From Octopus vulgaris (taxonomy: Eukaryota): a stretch of 64,000 nucleotides of DNA. The translations under genes were made by a program, and so were the position numbers. Location of the stretch: positions 38,750,001 to 38,814,000 of the forward strand of contig OX597822.1 in the NCBI GenBank assembly GCA_951406725.2, written 5' to 3'. A model generated the notes under the pieces. That model searched no databases and was not told the origin of the DNA. It worked only from the letters and a program-made list of their open reading frames with translations. This document shows, piece after piece, positions 25,435-39,478 of the stretch (its first letter is position 1; each line of letters opens with the position of its first letter).

Positions 25435-27057
25435 AAGCCATGTGCCCTCACACAGACACAGACGCACAGGTAAAAAGTACCCAGTACACTCTCTGAAGTG
25501 GTTGGCATTAGGAAGGGCATCTAGCCATAAAAACAATACCAAAGCAGTCAGTTGAGCTTGACACAGTCTTCTGACTTGCAAATTACAGTCAAACTATCCA
25601 ATCTAAACCAACATGAAGGAAGATGCTCAATGATGATGATGAAGATGATGATGATGTGTGTGTGTGTGTGTGCATTTGTTTGTGTTTGTGTGTATGTATG
25701 TGTGTGTGCATGTGTGCATTTGACTGTGTGTGTGTATGTGTGTATGCATTTGTGTTTGTGTGTGCATGCAGGTGTGCATTTGTGTGTGTGTGTGTGCATG
25801 CATTTGTGTTTGTGCATGTGTATGTGTGTGTATTTGTGTTTGTGTCTCCTTGTAATGTAAATGAATGTGGTTCATTTCCAATATTCTGCAAAGCCTTGTC
25901 TGACCATGGGGAAAGAATTGTCTTGCTTGGAAACAAACTAGGGTCAGCAACGGGAAAAGCACCCGACCATACAAAAATCTACCTTGGTAAACTCCGTCTG
26001 ACCTATGCCAGAATGGAAACACAGATGTTAAAATGGTGATGCTGACGATGATGATGATGACAATGATGATGATGATGATGTTGATGACGATGATGATTAT
26101 CTGGAGCTGTTGCAGCAGCAATAATGAGAGCTATTGTCACAGCAATTGCAACTGTTGAACTGTCAACAACATTAATAACAACAACACAAACAATAACTGC
26201 CCGTGCGAAAGTCTCTGAGTGATTGTTCATTCTGCAAAACATAGCACTCAAATCACACTTGACTTTATGTCAAAGAAGAACATATTCAATAATGTTGCTC
26301 ATCATCATCATCATCACCATCACTTTACATCTGCTTTACATGCTGGCATGGGTTGGAACCACATGGTTCTGGGTTCAGTCCCACTGTGTCGGGAGGGGAA
26401 TAGGAAAGGGAGGAATGGCAGCAGAAAAGCAAAGAATGGGTAATTGTGAGGGAGTACATAACAACCTAAGGTATGTGCATTTTCTCAGGTGAGCTAAAAG
26501 AGGATAGGATAGTGGAGAGAGACATCAAAAGATCCAAAATGAGAGGGTGGAATGGGCAAGAAAAGGTAAGGATACTTAGGGGTGGAATTGGTAGAGAATT
26601 GACAGGTAGTTGCAGAGGTAGACAAAGGTAAGGGTGGATGATGACACAAAGGTTAGAGTCAGTGTTGGGATATCAACAGAGGTGGCCCAGAGCAGTGGGG
26701 GTGCTGACTGGTTGTACAGAAGGGTGAAGCTGGAGGGTATTGAGTGGTGAGGTGACCGTAGGCCAAGGAAAGGGTGGGGGTGTCAGAGGGAAGTGAAATG
26801 GATGGTGCAGTCTGCACTGGTGGAGAGCTAAGAGGTGGAGGGCTATCAAAGATGAGGCGACAGGATTTGTGGAGGGGTACTAAGCAACAGGTATATGAGA
26901 AGTGGAGTGATAATCCAAGCTGAAGGACCAGTAAGATAGGCTTCACAGTGAACAGATTTGTGTGTGTGTGTGGGAGAGAGGGGAAGAGGGAGAGAGAGAG
27001 GGGGGTCTTAAACATAGACTTTGTGTTAAAGTGCATTTTGTCACAAGAAGGCATAAA

Positions 27058-27274
27058 CAAAGGAATGCTGAAATGTTCCTGGCTTTAAGGGTATTGCGAA
27101 AAGCCTTGTTGGAGGCCCAACCTTCTGAGTTCTTTTACAGGGCTTAGAAAAACTGAAAGACTGCTGCAATAAGCATGTAAATCTGAGAAGGGAATACTTT
27201 GAATAAAATCATCATTAACTGATTCTCCTGTATTTTCTTTTACCCAAAGTCAGGAACTTTTCAGCAACCCCTTG
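27058..27274 (+). mobile_element. Mariner-derived MITE (217 bp)
   Basis: TIRs CAAAGGAATGCTGAAATGTTCCTGGCTTT / AAAGTCAGGAACTTTTCAGCAACCCCTTG|TA. Residual frameshifted transposase end SEFFYR..LEKLKDCCNKHVNLRREYFE*. Confidence 0.75.
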
Positions 27275-27507
27275 TAAGTCTTGCTACCCTTGTGTCAAGG
27301 TACATTTTGCCATGAGTAGGTGGGTCTTCTGTACCATTGTTCTTTGCTTGAAAAACAAAAAACAATTACAGAAACACACACACAAACATACAGACAGAAT
27401 GAGTGGATAACAGAGAGGCAGAGAGGGAGAGAGATATTAATTTATTAATTGAACACAATTGAGAAACATTTCCACCCTTCCTCATACACATGAAGAAAAA
27501 TATGCTC

Positions 27508-27587
<80 letters not shown>

Positions 27588-30500
27588 GGAAAGGAAGGGA
27601 AACAATAAAATGAAAGAAATTCAAAACATCTGATGCCAAATAAGCAGCACCGAAGTGGCTGTGCCAAAACATCTGATACCTTGAATGTTCTCATCATATG
27701 AGCCCAGGAGAAGGTGGCACAATATCTTTAAGAAGAAAGAAGAAGGGAGCACAGAAGGGAGTCACACTTAATAGCCTGTTCACTGCCATCACTTATGTAT
27801 GTAGATAGGTCGGTAAGTATTTATATATGTGTATAGGTAGATAAGTAAATAAGTATATGTGATAGGTAAGTAGGTAGGGAGGTAGGTAGGTAGGTTGGTA
27901 GATTGGTAAGAAGGTATATAGGTAGAAGTGTGAAAGGTGTAGGTAGGTGTGAGTGTATGTAGGTTGGTGTGTAGGTAGGTAGGTATATAGGTAGGTGTGT
28001 AGGTAGGTAGGTAGGTATGTAAGTGGGTGGGTAGGTAGATGATAGCTTTCTGGCAGTGTTTCTCCATTAGTAATGGTAAACCATCAAGGTGTTTGCATCA
28101 CTAACATTAGCAGGTGGGAGTAGGATGGATTGATTAGAAATTGGATTTATTGATTTAAGGAGATAGATAGGTAGGTAGATAGGTATGAGTGGTGCATATA
28201 TGTGTGCGCATGCACATATATATATATATGTAGATATGTGAGTTAAACCAACACATACACACACACATCATGTTTGCTCATTTATAACCCACCAGTGTTT
28301 TGCAGCTGATGCCACCTAACTGAACAATGGTATCAATAAGGCATCAAAATTGTGATGACTTTTGGTCAACAGCTGATGAGGGATGAGTGAATCTACATTT
28401 CTTGAGTTTTTCATGTTTCCTGTATGTGCTTTTGTCATCCTTCCATGCAACATTTTGCTTTTGTGGTGGTGGGGGGGGGGCATGTGCATATTTGTGCAAG
28501 CTGTATCAGCATGTAATTAAATAAGTAGGTAATTAGGGTTAGAGTGCTTATTTCAGAAATTAGCTTAAAGTCAACTTACTCAAAGTTAAACTGAAGACAT
28601 TAACCCATAATTCCTCTATTTGCAATGACAAATGGAAGGCTTAGATAAACATGAGCGGTGATTTAACAAAATTGGTTGCATCTCTGTCACACACAGTCAG
28701 CCGTTATTTCTACAGGAATTTCTTCATATTACATTTATGACTTTACAGCATCATACAAGGAGTGTATTAGGTAGAACAGGATGACATGAAAGTCACTAAA
28801 GAAATTTTCCCATTAGATACATTTATTTTGGATGGTGGAAATTACTTTGAACTAATTTGTGGAATTTAACAGCCCACAGATGCCATTCATTTCTAGTTTC
28901 ACAGAATGAAACTCTTTCAAGGCAGTGATTCAGGATAGCTTATTACCATGAATCACTGGTAGTTTATTATCTATCCGGCTCTAATTTTGTAATTTATTGT
29001 TGAATTATAGATGCAAGCGGGACTGTGAGATAATGAGTCTTGCTTTGCAAAACCATGTGGTTTTGAGTTCAGTCCCACTGTGTGGCACCTCGGGTAAGTG
29101 TCTTCTGCTATAGTCCTAGGTTGACCAATGCCTTGCGAGTAAATTTGGTAGATGGAAATTGTGTGGAAGCCCGTGTGTTTGTGTGTATGTGAGAGAGAGA
29201 GGGGGGAGATAAGGTAGGGAGAGAGATAATAGTTTATTATTTGGCTCCAAATCTTTAATTTATTATTGAGGCAGGAGTGTGAGATTAAGAGGCTTGCTTT
29301 GAAATTGTATGGCTTTAGGTTCAGTCTTTGGGTAAGTACCTTTTTCTATAGCCCCAGGTTGATCAATGCCTTGCGAGTGAATTTGGCAGACAGAAACTGT
29401 GTGGAAACCCATCGTCTGTGTGTGTGTGTTTGTCCCCCACTGCCACAACCACCAATACTTGACAACTGGGGCCAATTTGTTCAACTAACCCCTTGAAGAT
29501 GATGCCCCAACATGTCCACAGAGCAATGAGTGAAACAAGTAAAAGATGAAAGATATTTTTCTTCAATTTCTGTAGGGTTTGAGTTTCGTTATGCAAATTC
29601 TTCCTTTATCTTTTATCTTTTACTGCTTTCAGCCAGAGGACAAGGCCATGCTGGAGCACCACCTTTCAGAGTGTTTGGGTTTCTTTCCTGTTCTGAAGGA
29701 GTGAGTTGGACAGAGCTGCTCTTTGTTTGTGCCTCACAATGTGGGGTCATCTGGTGCCTCAGATAATAATTAGTCCAGACGCTCTTTGGAGACCTCCACA
29801 TCTACACTTCAAAAAATCTCTGAGGTTGTGTGTCAGAATGTTGAACATTTGTAACCTCAAAAGAAAATAAATTGCAGTGCAGTGAAAACAACAGAAGCTA
29901 TTTAAGCTTTGAAATATGAAAATGACTTTTGCAAATCAATGTAGTCCATAGAAAACAGGTTACAAATTGGAATAAGTGAATAAAGTTAGTTTGCCTCGAG
30001 AAAAAGGAAACATTTGATTTGAGGCTTCCAATGAAAGGCTCAAGCTGAATGGAATAACAAAATGTCAGACTTCCTCATAACAAACTAACTTATTCCAATA
30101 ATTGAGTTAGTGTTAACATATCTAATGCAGGAAACATTAAATATGTTAACTAGAAAACAATTATGTGATGAGAGAAAAACCTATTTTAGTCACTGAATAA
30201 CATTACTTTAAGTCTGTCTGCAAATATGGGAGACAAGTTCGTTTTGTGTACTGTCTATGTCGCCATTATTTACTGATACATGTCATCACTAGTTTCTGTG
30301 GATACTACTATTAGTAATAAGGATGGAATCACAGAACAATACTGGGGAAAGCATTTAATGAGTCCATGAGCAGTTACAAAATAATTTGGTAAATTAAAAA
30401 GTAATTATTAATTAAATAAATTGCAGCTGCATGAAGAAAATTGCATTTAATCCAGCTGTTGTGGATGTTATATTTTTGAGGAATGTTTATTTTGCTTTTA

Positions 30501-30623
30501 ATGGTTGGAAAATAAAAGGTCACAATTTTAGAAGTGGGGAATGGGGAAAGTAGAGCCCACTGGATCGACACCATGTTGAGTACTTTATAAACCCCAGAGA
30601 GAAGATGGATCTATAGTCTACAA

Positions 30624-30851
30624 CAGTGGGTCTCAAATGAGGTCCATATAAGATTTTGCTGTTAATATTTATGAGAAATAAACTGGTTATAATTCTAAAA
30701 AACAAAATATTTTAACAATTTTTTAATACAATTCTTTGTAATATTTAGTTAAAAAAATATAATTTTTAAAAAATTGTATGGCTATGAGGGTCCACCCAAG
30801 TAAAATAAAAATCAAAGGGGTTCGTAGGTAGAAAATGGTTGAGAAACATTG
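30624..30851. mobile_element. hAT (Charlie-type) MITE, 228 bp
   Basis: TIRs CAGTGGGTCTCAA / TTGAGAAACATTG and 8-bp TSD GTCTACAA / ATCTACAA. Confidence 0.85.
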
Positions 30852-31249
30852 ATCTACAAGATCAGCTCTGTAGTACAGTGTTTAGTCCTTTATAAATCCT
30901 AAAAATATGACAGATCTATAGTCTACCCCTCAGCAGGATTTCAACAAAATTCAATAACAACTTCTAATTTCGGTAAAAGTCCAGCAATTTTGAGAGAGGC
31001 AGGGTGAGATGATGCCCTCAACCCCAGTATTTGAACTCGAAATCTAAAGAGCCAGAACAAATACTGCAAGACAGCTGATACTTTAATGATTTTGTTAATG
31101 TATCCCCTAAATAACAATAATGATGATTTAACACAAGGGTTATAGGATGATAATAGTTTATTACACAAGAAGTTTAATTGTCTAACCCTGCCCCTTAACT
31201 TTCTGGCATTTGATATTAGCCTTTTTTTATTATTTTCTTATAATTACAG

Positions 31250-31528
31250 AGGTTGCGATACAGGGATGTCCTGAAGAGGCATAGAAAGAACTCTGGCATT
31301 TTCTCAAACACCTGGGAGGAGAAGGCTCTGCAGCGTGATGAATGGCACTGATTGCTGAAGTTCATAATTCCAGTCATTGAGGAGAAACAACAAAGAGAAT
31401 ACAAAAGAGCACGCGAGAGGAGCAAGAGTCACTTTTCCATTGCATCATGTAGCTTCATCTGCGGATGTCATTGGTGGTGCAGATCAAGAGCAGGCCCTGT
31501 AGTTCACATGCAAGCCTGCCAGAGATGA
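31250..31528 (+). mobile_element. 5'-truncated RTE-type LINE 3' end
   Basis: Single frame RLRYRDVLKRH...TWEEKALQRDEWH*...FICGCHWWCRSRAGPVVHMQACQR* resembles the RTE ORF C-terminus with its terminal zinc finger. Confidence 0.7.
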
Positions 31529-31588
31529 CTACTAAACAAGAAGAGACAATGTTCACCTACAATGGACTGACATTGCCACTGATAATTA

Positions 31589-32588
31589 CCATATTTTGCA
31601 GGATGAGAGATGCACCTTTTTTCACCCCGTGTCTTCCATGATGGTAGTTGAGAAGATGTTGGTGTAGTTTCCATTGGGTTAACTGAAATCAGACCCTTAC
31701 AGATACTGTTATTTCATTACTTAGCTACTATTTTCTGTACTATAAAACACTTGGATTTTATGAATGTTGTTGATCTTTTATCATTTATCTTTCACTTGTT
31801 TCAGGTATTAGACTACGGCATACTGGAGCACTGTCTTGTAGAACTTTTAGTCAAATGAACCAACACCAGTACTTGTCTTTTATTTCTTTTTTAAGACAAG
31901 ACTTGTTGAGTCAAGTGAAACCATTGTTGTGGCTGATGCCAGTGCCGCTTGACTGGCACCCATGCCAGTGGTATGTAAAAAGCACCTTTTGAGTATGGCC
32001 AATGCCAGTACTACCTGACTAGCTTCTGTGCCAGTGACATGTAAAAAGCACCATTTGAACATGGCTGATGCCAGTGCCACCTGACTGGCTACTGTGCTGG
32101 TGAAAAAGCACCATTCAAGCATGGTCAATGCCAGTACCGCCTGACTGGCCCCCGTGCCAGTGGCACGTAAAAAGCAGCCTCTACACTCTAGAAGTGGTTG
32201 GTGATAGGAAGGGCATCCAGCTGTAGAAACCTTGCCAGAACATATTAGAACCTGGTGCAGCCTCAAGGCTAGCCAGTCCTCAGTCAAACCATCCAACCCA
32301 TGCCATCATGGAAATAGGAATCAAAAGGGTCCATAGGTAAAAAAAATGTCGAGAAGCACTGATGTAGATGATCATTGTCTGGTGGTTTCACTTAATGATC
32401 AACCTGAGCATTCCACTGGTTTATTCATAAATTTTGTCTAACAGGCATTTAGTGTGTGCCCACCAGGTATTGCCTAATCAAGTAGATGGTGCATTGGTTA
32501 GTATAACAAATTTTTTTTTCTAAAATTACGTTTCCAAAATCAAGATGTGTTTTCCATGATGCAGCATCTGCAATACCACAAAATACAG
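31589..32588. mobile_element. Old TA-flanked pogo/Tc2-like non-autonomous element with nested retroposons
   Basis: TA|CCATATTTTGCAG...AGATGC at left and GCATCT...CCACAAAATACAG|TA at right look like decayed CCGTATTTTGCGG TIRs. Confidence 0.4.
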
Positions 32589-33419
32589 TATTTGTGTTTG
32601 ATTTTCATCCTCACCACCACCACCATCATCATCATTTAATGTCTGTTTTCCATGCTGGCATGGTTTAGATGGCATGACAGGAGCTGGTAAGGCCAGGAGT
32701 CACACCAGGTTCTATAGTCTGTTATAGTTTGGTTTCTATAGCTGGATGCCCCTCCTGAAACCAACCACTTTATGAAGTGGACTGGATGCTTTTTATGTGG
32801 CACCAACACCAGTAGTTTTTATGTGGCACCATCACAAGTGCTTTTGTGTAATTAAAACTCAATCTGTTAATGCTTCAATACCAGAACTTTCAAGCAAATG
32901 TGTCACTCTACCTTACTTTCCCTCTGTTGAGTTTTACAGTGCATTAGATGGGGGGCTCCGAAAGGGGTCTTAGGGAGTAGTGTCCCTGCCTTCCTGAGCT
33001 AGTTTTCCACCACATTTTTTAAAAATCATGGTAGAGGCCTTGGTCTCGGGACCACTCATGTCTAAAAACTGAGGTTGGGGGTAAGCAAGAGCATGCTCCC
33101 CATAGAAAAAGCCCCATGATAGCAAAGGAGAATGGGCACCAGCCAGCACAAAGGTTGGTTTGAGCTGCTCCAGTTGCTATGGCATTGAGGTAGATCTGGC
33201 CAACCTCATTAACAGGAAGAAAACCTGGATTTAAAACACTGGATGATGATGATGGCCAAGTAGTGGTTTCTTTCTTCTCTCTCTCTCTTTCCCCTTTTGT
33301 TTTTTACTTATTTTTACATAAGACCTGAAATCTGAGGGTCGATATTAGCTGATTAAATTGAGTCTGCTGTCTAAATCCCCCAATAGTTATAGATTTTACT
33401 GACAAACAATAAACCAGAT

Positions 33420-34084
33420 CTCAACAGAGAGGAAGTAAGCCAGAGTGAAAGCCAAACATTGACTGATAAGAAAAACTAACCTAAAAGGTCTCATTTTAGT
33501 TGTAGAGGATCAATGAACAGAAAAATTAATTACAAGGAAATAACGAGACACAGAGCTAACTTCAGGTGTAAGATTATGCAACCAATACAATGAAATAATT
33601 GACCACATCACTTTTGGCTGCTCAAACCTTGCAAAACCTGAGTCTATTAACAGAGACGATTGAATCAGCAGCTATATTCAGAGGGCAATATGCCAACACT
33701 TTGACATGGGAACAGATAAGAAGTAAAAATAAATATGTATTAAACATAGTATATGTCAATAACCGGGCCATGATCATCTCAGACATGTTTGAATAGTGAC
33801 AAGGAGATCAGTGATGAATATATTTTTGCAGGACAATGAATGTCTGTATTCTGATAAATTTCTTTTATTATTTTCTTCTTTTACTTGTTTCAGTCATTTG
33901 ACTGTGGCCATGCTGGAGCACCGCCTTTAGTCAAGCAAATCGACCTCAGGACTTATTCTTTGTAAGCCTAGTACAAACGGTAAGTTACAGGGACGTAAAC
34001 ACACCGGCATCGGGTGTCAAGCAATGTTGGGGGGACAAACACAGACACACAAACATACATACATATATATATATATACACACAC

Positions 34085-34135
<51 letters not shown>

Positions 34136-34460
34136 CATATACATATATACGACAGGCTTCTTTCAGTTTCCGTCTACCAAATCCACGCACAAGGCTTTGG
34201 TTGGCCCAAGGCTATAGTAGAAGACACTTGCCCAAGGTGCCACGCAGTGGGACTGAACCCGGAACCATGTGGTTGGCAAGCAAGCTACTTACCACACAGC
34301 CACTACTACGCCTACTTCTCCATAACTCTCTAACCAAACACTGGGAGGTGGTGGAAAAACCAAGAAAGTACAAGGAGCTTGAAATTGAAATCAATGGGGC
34401 ATGAGAATGAAGACTGTATCAGTGATAATTGGGGCACTAGATACGATAAAAAAAAATCAT
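33420..34460 (+). mobile_element. R4/Dong-like (restriction-like endonuclease) non-LTR retrotransposon relic, split by a SINE
   Basis: CCHC knuckle (C)RLCNQYNEIIDHITFGCSNLAK...IQRAICQHF at ~33567-33710, and EKPRKYKELEIEI...MKTVSVIIGALDTIKK at ~34355-34455. Confidence 0.75.
33878..34313 (-). mobile_element. tRNA-derived SINE, family A (young, CpG-retaining)
   Basis: Near full-length copy nested in the R4/Dong-like relic. Confidence 0.88.
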
Positions 34461-35243
34461 GAACTCTTGTATGCAAGGGATAACTAAATTCTTTTTTTAT
34501 CTTTTCTTTTCTTTTTTATGTGTTTCATTTTAGTCATTAGATTGTGGCCATGCTGGGGCATCACCTTGAAGAATTTTTAGTCAAATGAATCAACGCCAGT
34601 AACTATTTTATTTTTTCAAATCTGGTACTTATTTTATCGGTCTCTTTTGCTGAACCACTAAGTTACAGGAACATAGACGCACCAATAAATGTTGTCAAGT
34701 GGTGGTGGTGGTGGTGGAGAACAAACACCGACACAGACACACACGCACACAAATAAACACACACATACATGACAGGCTTCTTTCAGATTCTGTCTGCTAA
34801 CTCCACTCACACGGCTTTGGTTAGCTTGAGGCTATAGAAAAATACACTTACCCAAAGTGCCACCCAGGATCATGTGCCTGGGAAGCAAGCTTCTTACCAC
34901 ACAGCTATGCCTGCGTCTATGTAAGATATTTTCAATTCAATAACACAAGGCACCCAGTAAACTCTATACAACACATATCTGACATCATCATTAAGCTATA
35001 ATATCACACAACCACACACAACACATTCTCAACACCAAGAAACACGATTAAATAACACCAGAAACAAAAAAATAAACTCCACAACAAAACAAAATAGACA
35101 TAAAATATACAGTTCTACATCAGCAAAAGCTAATGTTACACTCGCAGCCCAGGGATAGGGAGGTAGAAACTCTCAAAAAACTATTGGAAACATATACTGT
35201 GTCTAACAGACCATTGCTTTGTAGCAATATTAAAAATTTCTAA

Positions 35244-35885
35244 GGTGGCTAGCTGGCAGAAACGTTAGCATGCCGGGCAAAATGCTTAGCAATATTTAGT
35301 CTGTCTTTACATTCTGAGTTCAAATTCCGCTGAGGTCGACATTGTCTTTCATTCTATCAGGGTCGACAAATTAAGTACCAGTTGCATACTGGGGTCCATC
35401 TAATCGACTGCCCCCCCACAAAAAAAAATTTCCGACCCTTGTGCCAAGAATATTCTTAAAGGCAGCGAGCTGGCAGAAACATTAGCACACCAGGCAAAAT
35501 GCTTAGTGTTATTTCGTCTGTCTACATTCTGGAGTTAAAATTCTGCCGAGCTCAATTTTGCTTTTCGTCCTTTCGGGGTCAATATAATTAAGTACCAGTT
35601 ATGTACTGGAGTCAATCTAATCATCTGCCCCCATCTCCTCAAAAATTTCAGGCTTTATGCTTAGAGTAGAAAAGAATATTAAAAATTTCTAAAATGGTGA
35701 GCTGGCAGAATCGTTAGCATTCTGGGCATTTCATGTGTCTTAATGCTTTGAGTTCAAATTCCCCTGAGGTTGACTTTGTCTTCCAGGGTCAATTAAAGAA
35801 GTACCACTTCAGTACTGTGGTCAATGTAATCAACTACCCTTCAGCTCTGAAATTGCTAGGCTTGCACCAAGATTTGAAACCAGTA
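35244..35885 (+). mobile_element. Three head-to-tail family B SINEs
   Basis: GCTGGCAGAA-start units at ~35244, ~35460 and ~35694. Confidence 0.8.
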
Positions 35886-38161
35886 TTAAAATTTCTAACC
35901 TTGATGCACAGTTGTCAAATATTGAGGGAAGGTACAGTTGATCATCCCTATTATTTAACTGGTACTTATTTTATTGTTCTCCAGCTCCTCAGTGGTACCA
36001 AGTAAAGCCAATACCTGTGATATCTAGCATCAAAATTGTTGATTTCTTGGAAAGGAACAAAGCCACAACTTTTAGGGGGAACGTATAGTGAATCAGATCA
36101 ACCTTAGTTGTAGCTAACACTGACTTTATCAACCTCAGAAAGATGAAATGCAAAGCTGACTCCCAAAGGATTTTAATTCAAAATGGTGGTGATGCCGCTG
36201 ATCATGATGATGATGCTGACAAGGGCATAAAGCCAGAAAACAAGAGGGAGGGAGGCAGGCAGCAGACAAAACAATTGTGAGGGTGGTAAAGGCATAAAAT
36301 CGTTAATTTAATTATAGAATTTTGAAGCACCAGGAAAAACCCCAAACAATTAATTTGAAAGGATTAAATAGAGTATGTGGGGACTGATGGAGGGAGTGTA
36401 CAGAAAGTGGTGGTGGTGGTAGTGGAGGTAATAGTGTAATATAGTGTGGGGGTAAGTGGCACTGGTGTAACTGATGATGGTAGTTAAGGTTGGTGGTGAT
36501 GGTGGGGATGTTGGTTTAGTAATAATGATGTTGTTGGTGGTGTGGTGGTGTGATAGAGGCAGTGTGGTGATGGAGTTGAGGTAGTGGTGTGAGTATTGGT
36601 GATGTAGTGGCAGTGGTGGAGGTGTTGTATTGTTACTGTTTAACCCAAGGCTAGATACAATTGACCAAATCAAACCAAACCAGACCAGACCAGATTAGAT
36701 TAGACCAACCCAGACTAGACCAAGCCAGACAAGACCTATGACCACTGCTATTCCAACCATGACCATCCAAACATTTGGCTGCATCTCCAACTACATCCTT
36801 ATTTTTAAGATGGTATAGTGTGATTTCTGGGATATTTGGCTGCTGTTTCTAGCAGCACTGTGATGCTGCAGATAGATGCCCTCTTGATGTGTTGCAGCTG
36901 TACTAGTAGTAGTAGTAGTAGTAGCAGAAGTGTTGTAGTAGTGGTAGTAGTAGTAAGTGTAGTAGTAGTATAGTGAAAGGGTTTGGGTATGGGTATGGGT
37001 GAAAGACAGCGAGAGGGGGGACACACCCTCCTGTGGCAGCGCTTTAAAGAGGGGAACATAGAGATAGAAAAGAGAAAGAAAGGGGGCAGGGGGTAAAGTG
37101 AGACACACCCTCCTCAACCTCCCTGTAAACAGACCCCAGACAGGTAGACAAAAGTGTACAATTACCTGACTATAATGACTAACACTTTATACTAAGAGGA
37201 GGGAGTGGTGGTGGTGGTGTAGTGGTGGTGGGGTAAGAATGGGGTGTGGTGGTGGCGGTGTCAGTGCAGTACTGGTGGTGGTGGTAATGGTGCCAGTATA
37301 GTACTGGTGATGGTGTAAAAGTGGTTGTTGTGGTAGTGATATAGTAGAGGTGTGTGTGTAGTGATATTGGTGATAGATGAGACAATAGTAAAAGTAGTAG
37401 TATTGGTGGTAATAGTAGTGGTGACGGTGGTGGTGGAGTGGTGGTAGTAGTAGTAGTAGTGGAGGCGGTAGTAGTAGTAGTGGTGGTGGTACTAGTAGTG
37501 GTAGTAGTTGTAGTGGTACTGAGGGCGGTGGTAGGATTTGTAATTGTAGTAGTAGTAGTAGTAGTGGGATGGTATTAGTAGTAGAGCTTGTAGTAGTGGT
37601 GGTGGTAGTAGTAACTGTAGTGGTGGTGGCGCTGCTGAAGTAACAGTGGTGGTGGGTGTGTGAAGTAATAGCTACTCCACCACAGCATCAGCAGGGCCTA
37701 CCCCTTACCCCACACCATGGCAGTGCTAAGCCCTATCCCTGTCAAATGTCCCCTTCTTCACCCCTAACATGTATTCTGATATTACCTAACATTATTAGCA
37801 AGAAGGCTGCCCTGAGTGTGCATGAATTACACACACATACACACACACAAACACATAAATATAAGTACATATATAAATATGCATACACACACAACACTCA
37901 CTATATATGTGTGTCTTTTATTCTTTTATTTGTGTCAGTCATTTGACTGTGGCCATGCTGGAGCACCACTTTTTAGTTAGAGAAATCAACCCCAGGACTT
38001 ATTCTTCATAAGCTTAGTGCATATACTATCAGTCTCTTTTGCAAAACTGCTAAGTTACAGGGATGTAAACACACCAACATCAGTGTCAAGCAATGGTGAG
38101 GAGGGGGGCAACAAACACAGACACACAAATACATACGTACTCACACACACACACATGTATG

Positions 38162-38206
<45 letters not shown>

Positions 38207-38207
38207 A

Positions 38208-38263
<56 letters not shown>

Positions 38264-38700
38264 TACACACGTCGGGCTTCTTTCAGTTTCCGTCTGCCAA
38301 ATGCACTCACAAGGCTATAGTAGAAGACGTTTGCTCAAGATGCCAGGCAGTGGGGCTGAACCCAGAACTATGTGGTTGGGAAGCAAGCTTCTTACCATAC
38401 AGAGACAAAGGTACACACATAAATACACACACACACACACACACACACATACACATATATATCATTGCTATTATGTTAGACTGTCATGTGTCATAATTTG
38501 GCCAAATGCATTTTTTCAATATTTATTTTTGCTTGCAACAGTCGGTTCTTTTGGTCAAACTATCCTATCTCCAGCTGCTTCAGATGCCAAGATATCAAAA
38601 ATTGTCAAAATGTAGTCCAACAGTTTTGCTATGGAATGGTGAAACTATTTTTCCTGTTTTCTGTAAAAACAAGCTTTTTGGACATTTTTGCATAATAGCA

Positions 38701-38745
<45 letters not shown>

Positions 38746-39151
38746 CATCATCATCATCACCATCGTTTAACGTCTGCTTTCCATGCTAGCATGGGTTGGA
38801 CGGTTCAACTGGGGTCTGGGAAGCCAGAAGGCTGCACCAGGCCCAGTCTGATCTGGCAGTGTTTCTACAGCTGGATGCCCTTCCTAACGCCAACCACTCC
38901 ATGAGTGTAGTAGGTGCTTTTTACATGCCAGACGAGGCTGGCAAACGGCCATAATCGGATGGTGTATTTTATATGCCACAGGCACATATACACAATAGGC
39001 TTCTTTCAGTTTCTGTCTACCATATCCACACACAAAGTTTTGTTCAGCCCGAGGCTATTGTAGAAGACATTTACCCAAGGTGCCATCGAGTGGGACTGAA
39101 CCCAGAACCATGTGGTTCTAGGTTCTTACCACACTGCCACGCTTGCACATA

Positions 39152-39185
<34 letters not shown>

Positions 39186-39425
39186 CTACCATCACTTGAC
39201 AACCGATGTAGGTGTGTTTACGTCCTTGTAACTTAGTGGTTTGGCAAGAGAAACCGATAGAATAAGTACTAGGCTTACAAAGAATAAGTCCTGGGGTCGA
39301 TTTGTTTGACTAAAGGCGGTGCTCTAGCATGGCCGCAGTCAAATGACTGAAACAAATAAAAGAATAAAAAGAATATATATATATATCATCATCCTCATCG
39401 GAAAGCGGACGTTAAATGATGATGA

Positions 39426-39476
<51 letters not shown>

Positions 39477-39478
<2 letters not shown>

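Noticed and set aside
28372-28410. CTGATGA core (also at 2696 and 58205)
   Set aside because: No stem II followed by GAAA and no stem I complement, so not a hammerhead.
29780-30100. Possible pogo-like transposase N-terminal relic
   Set aside because: Only scattered residues resemble the motif, and I found no TIRs.
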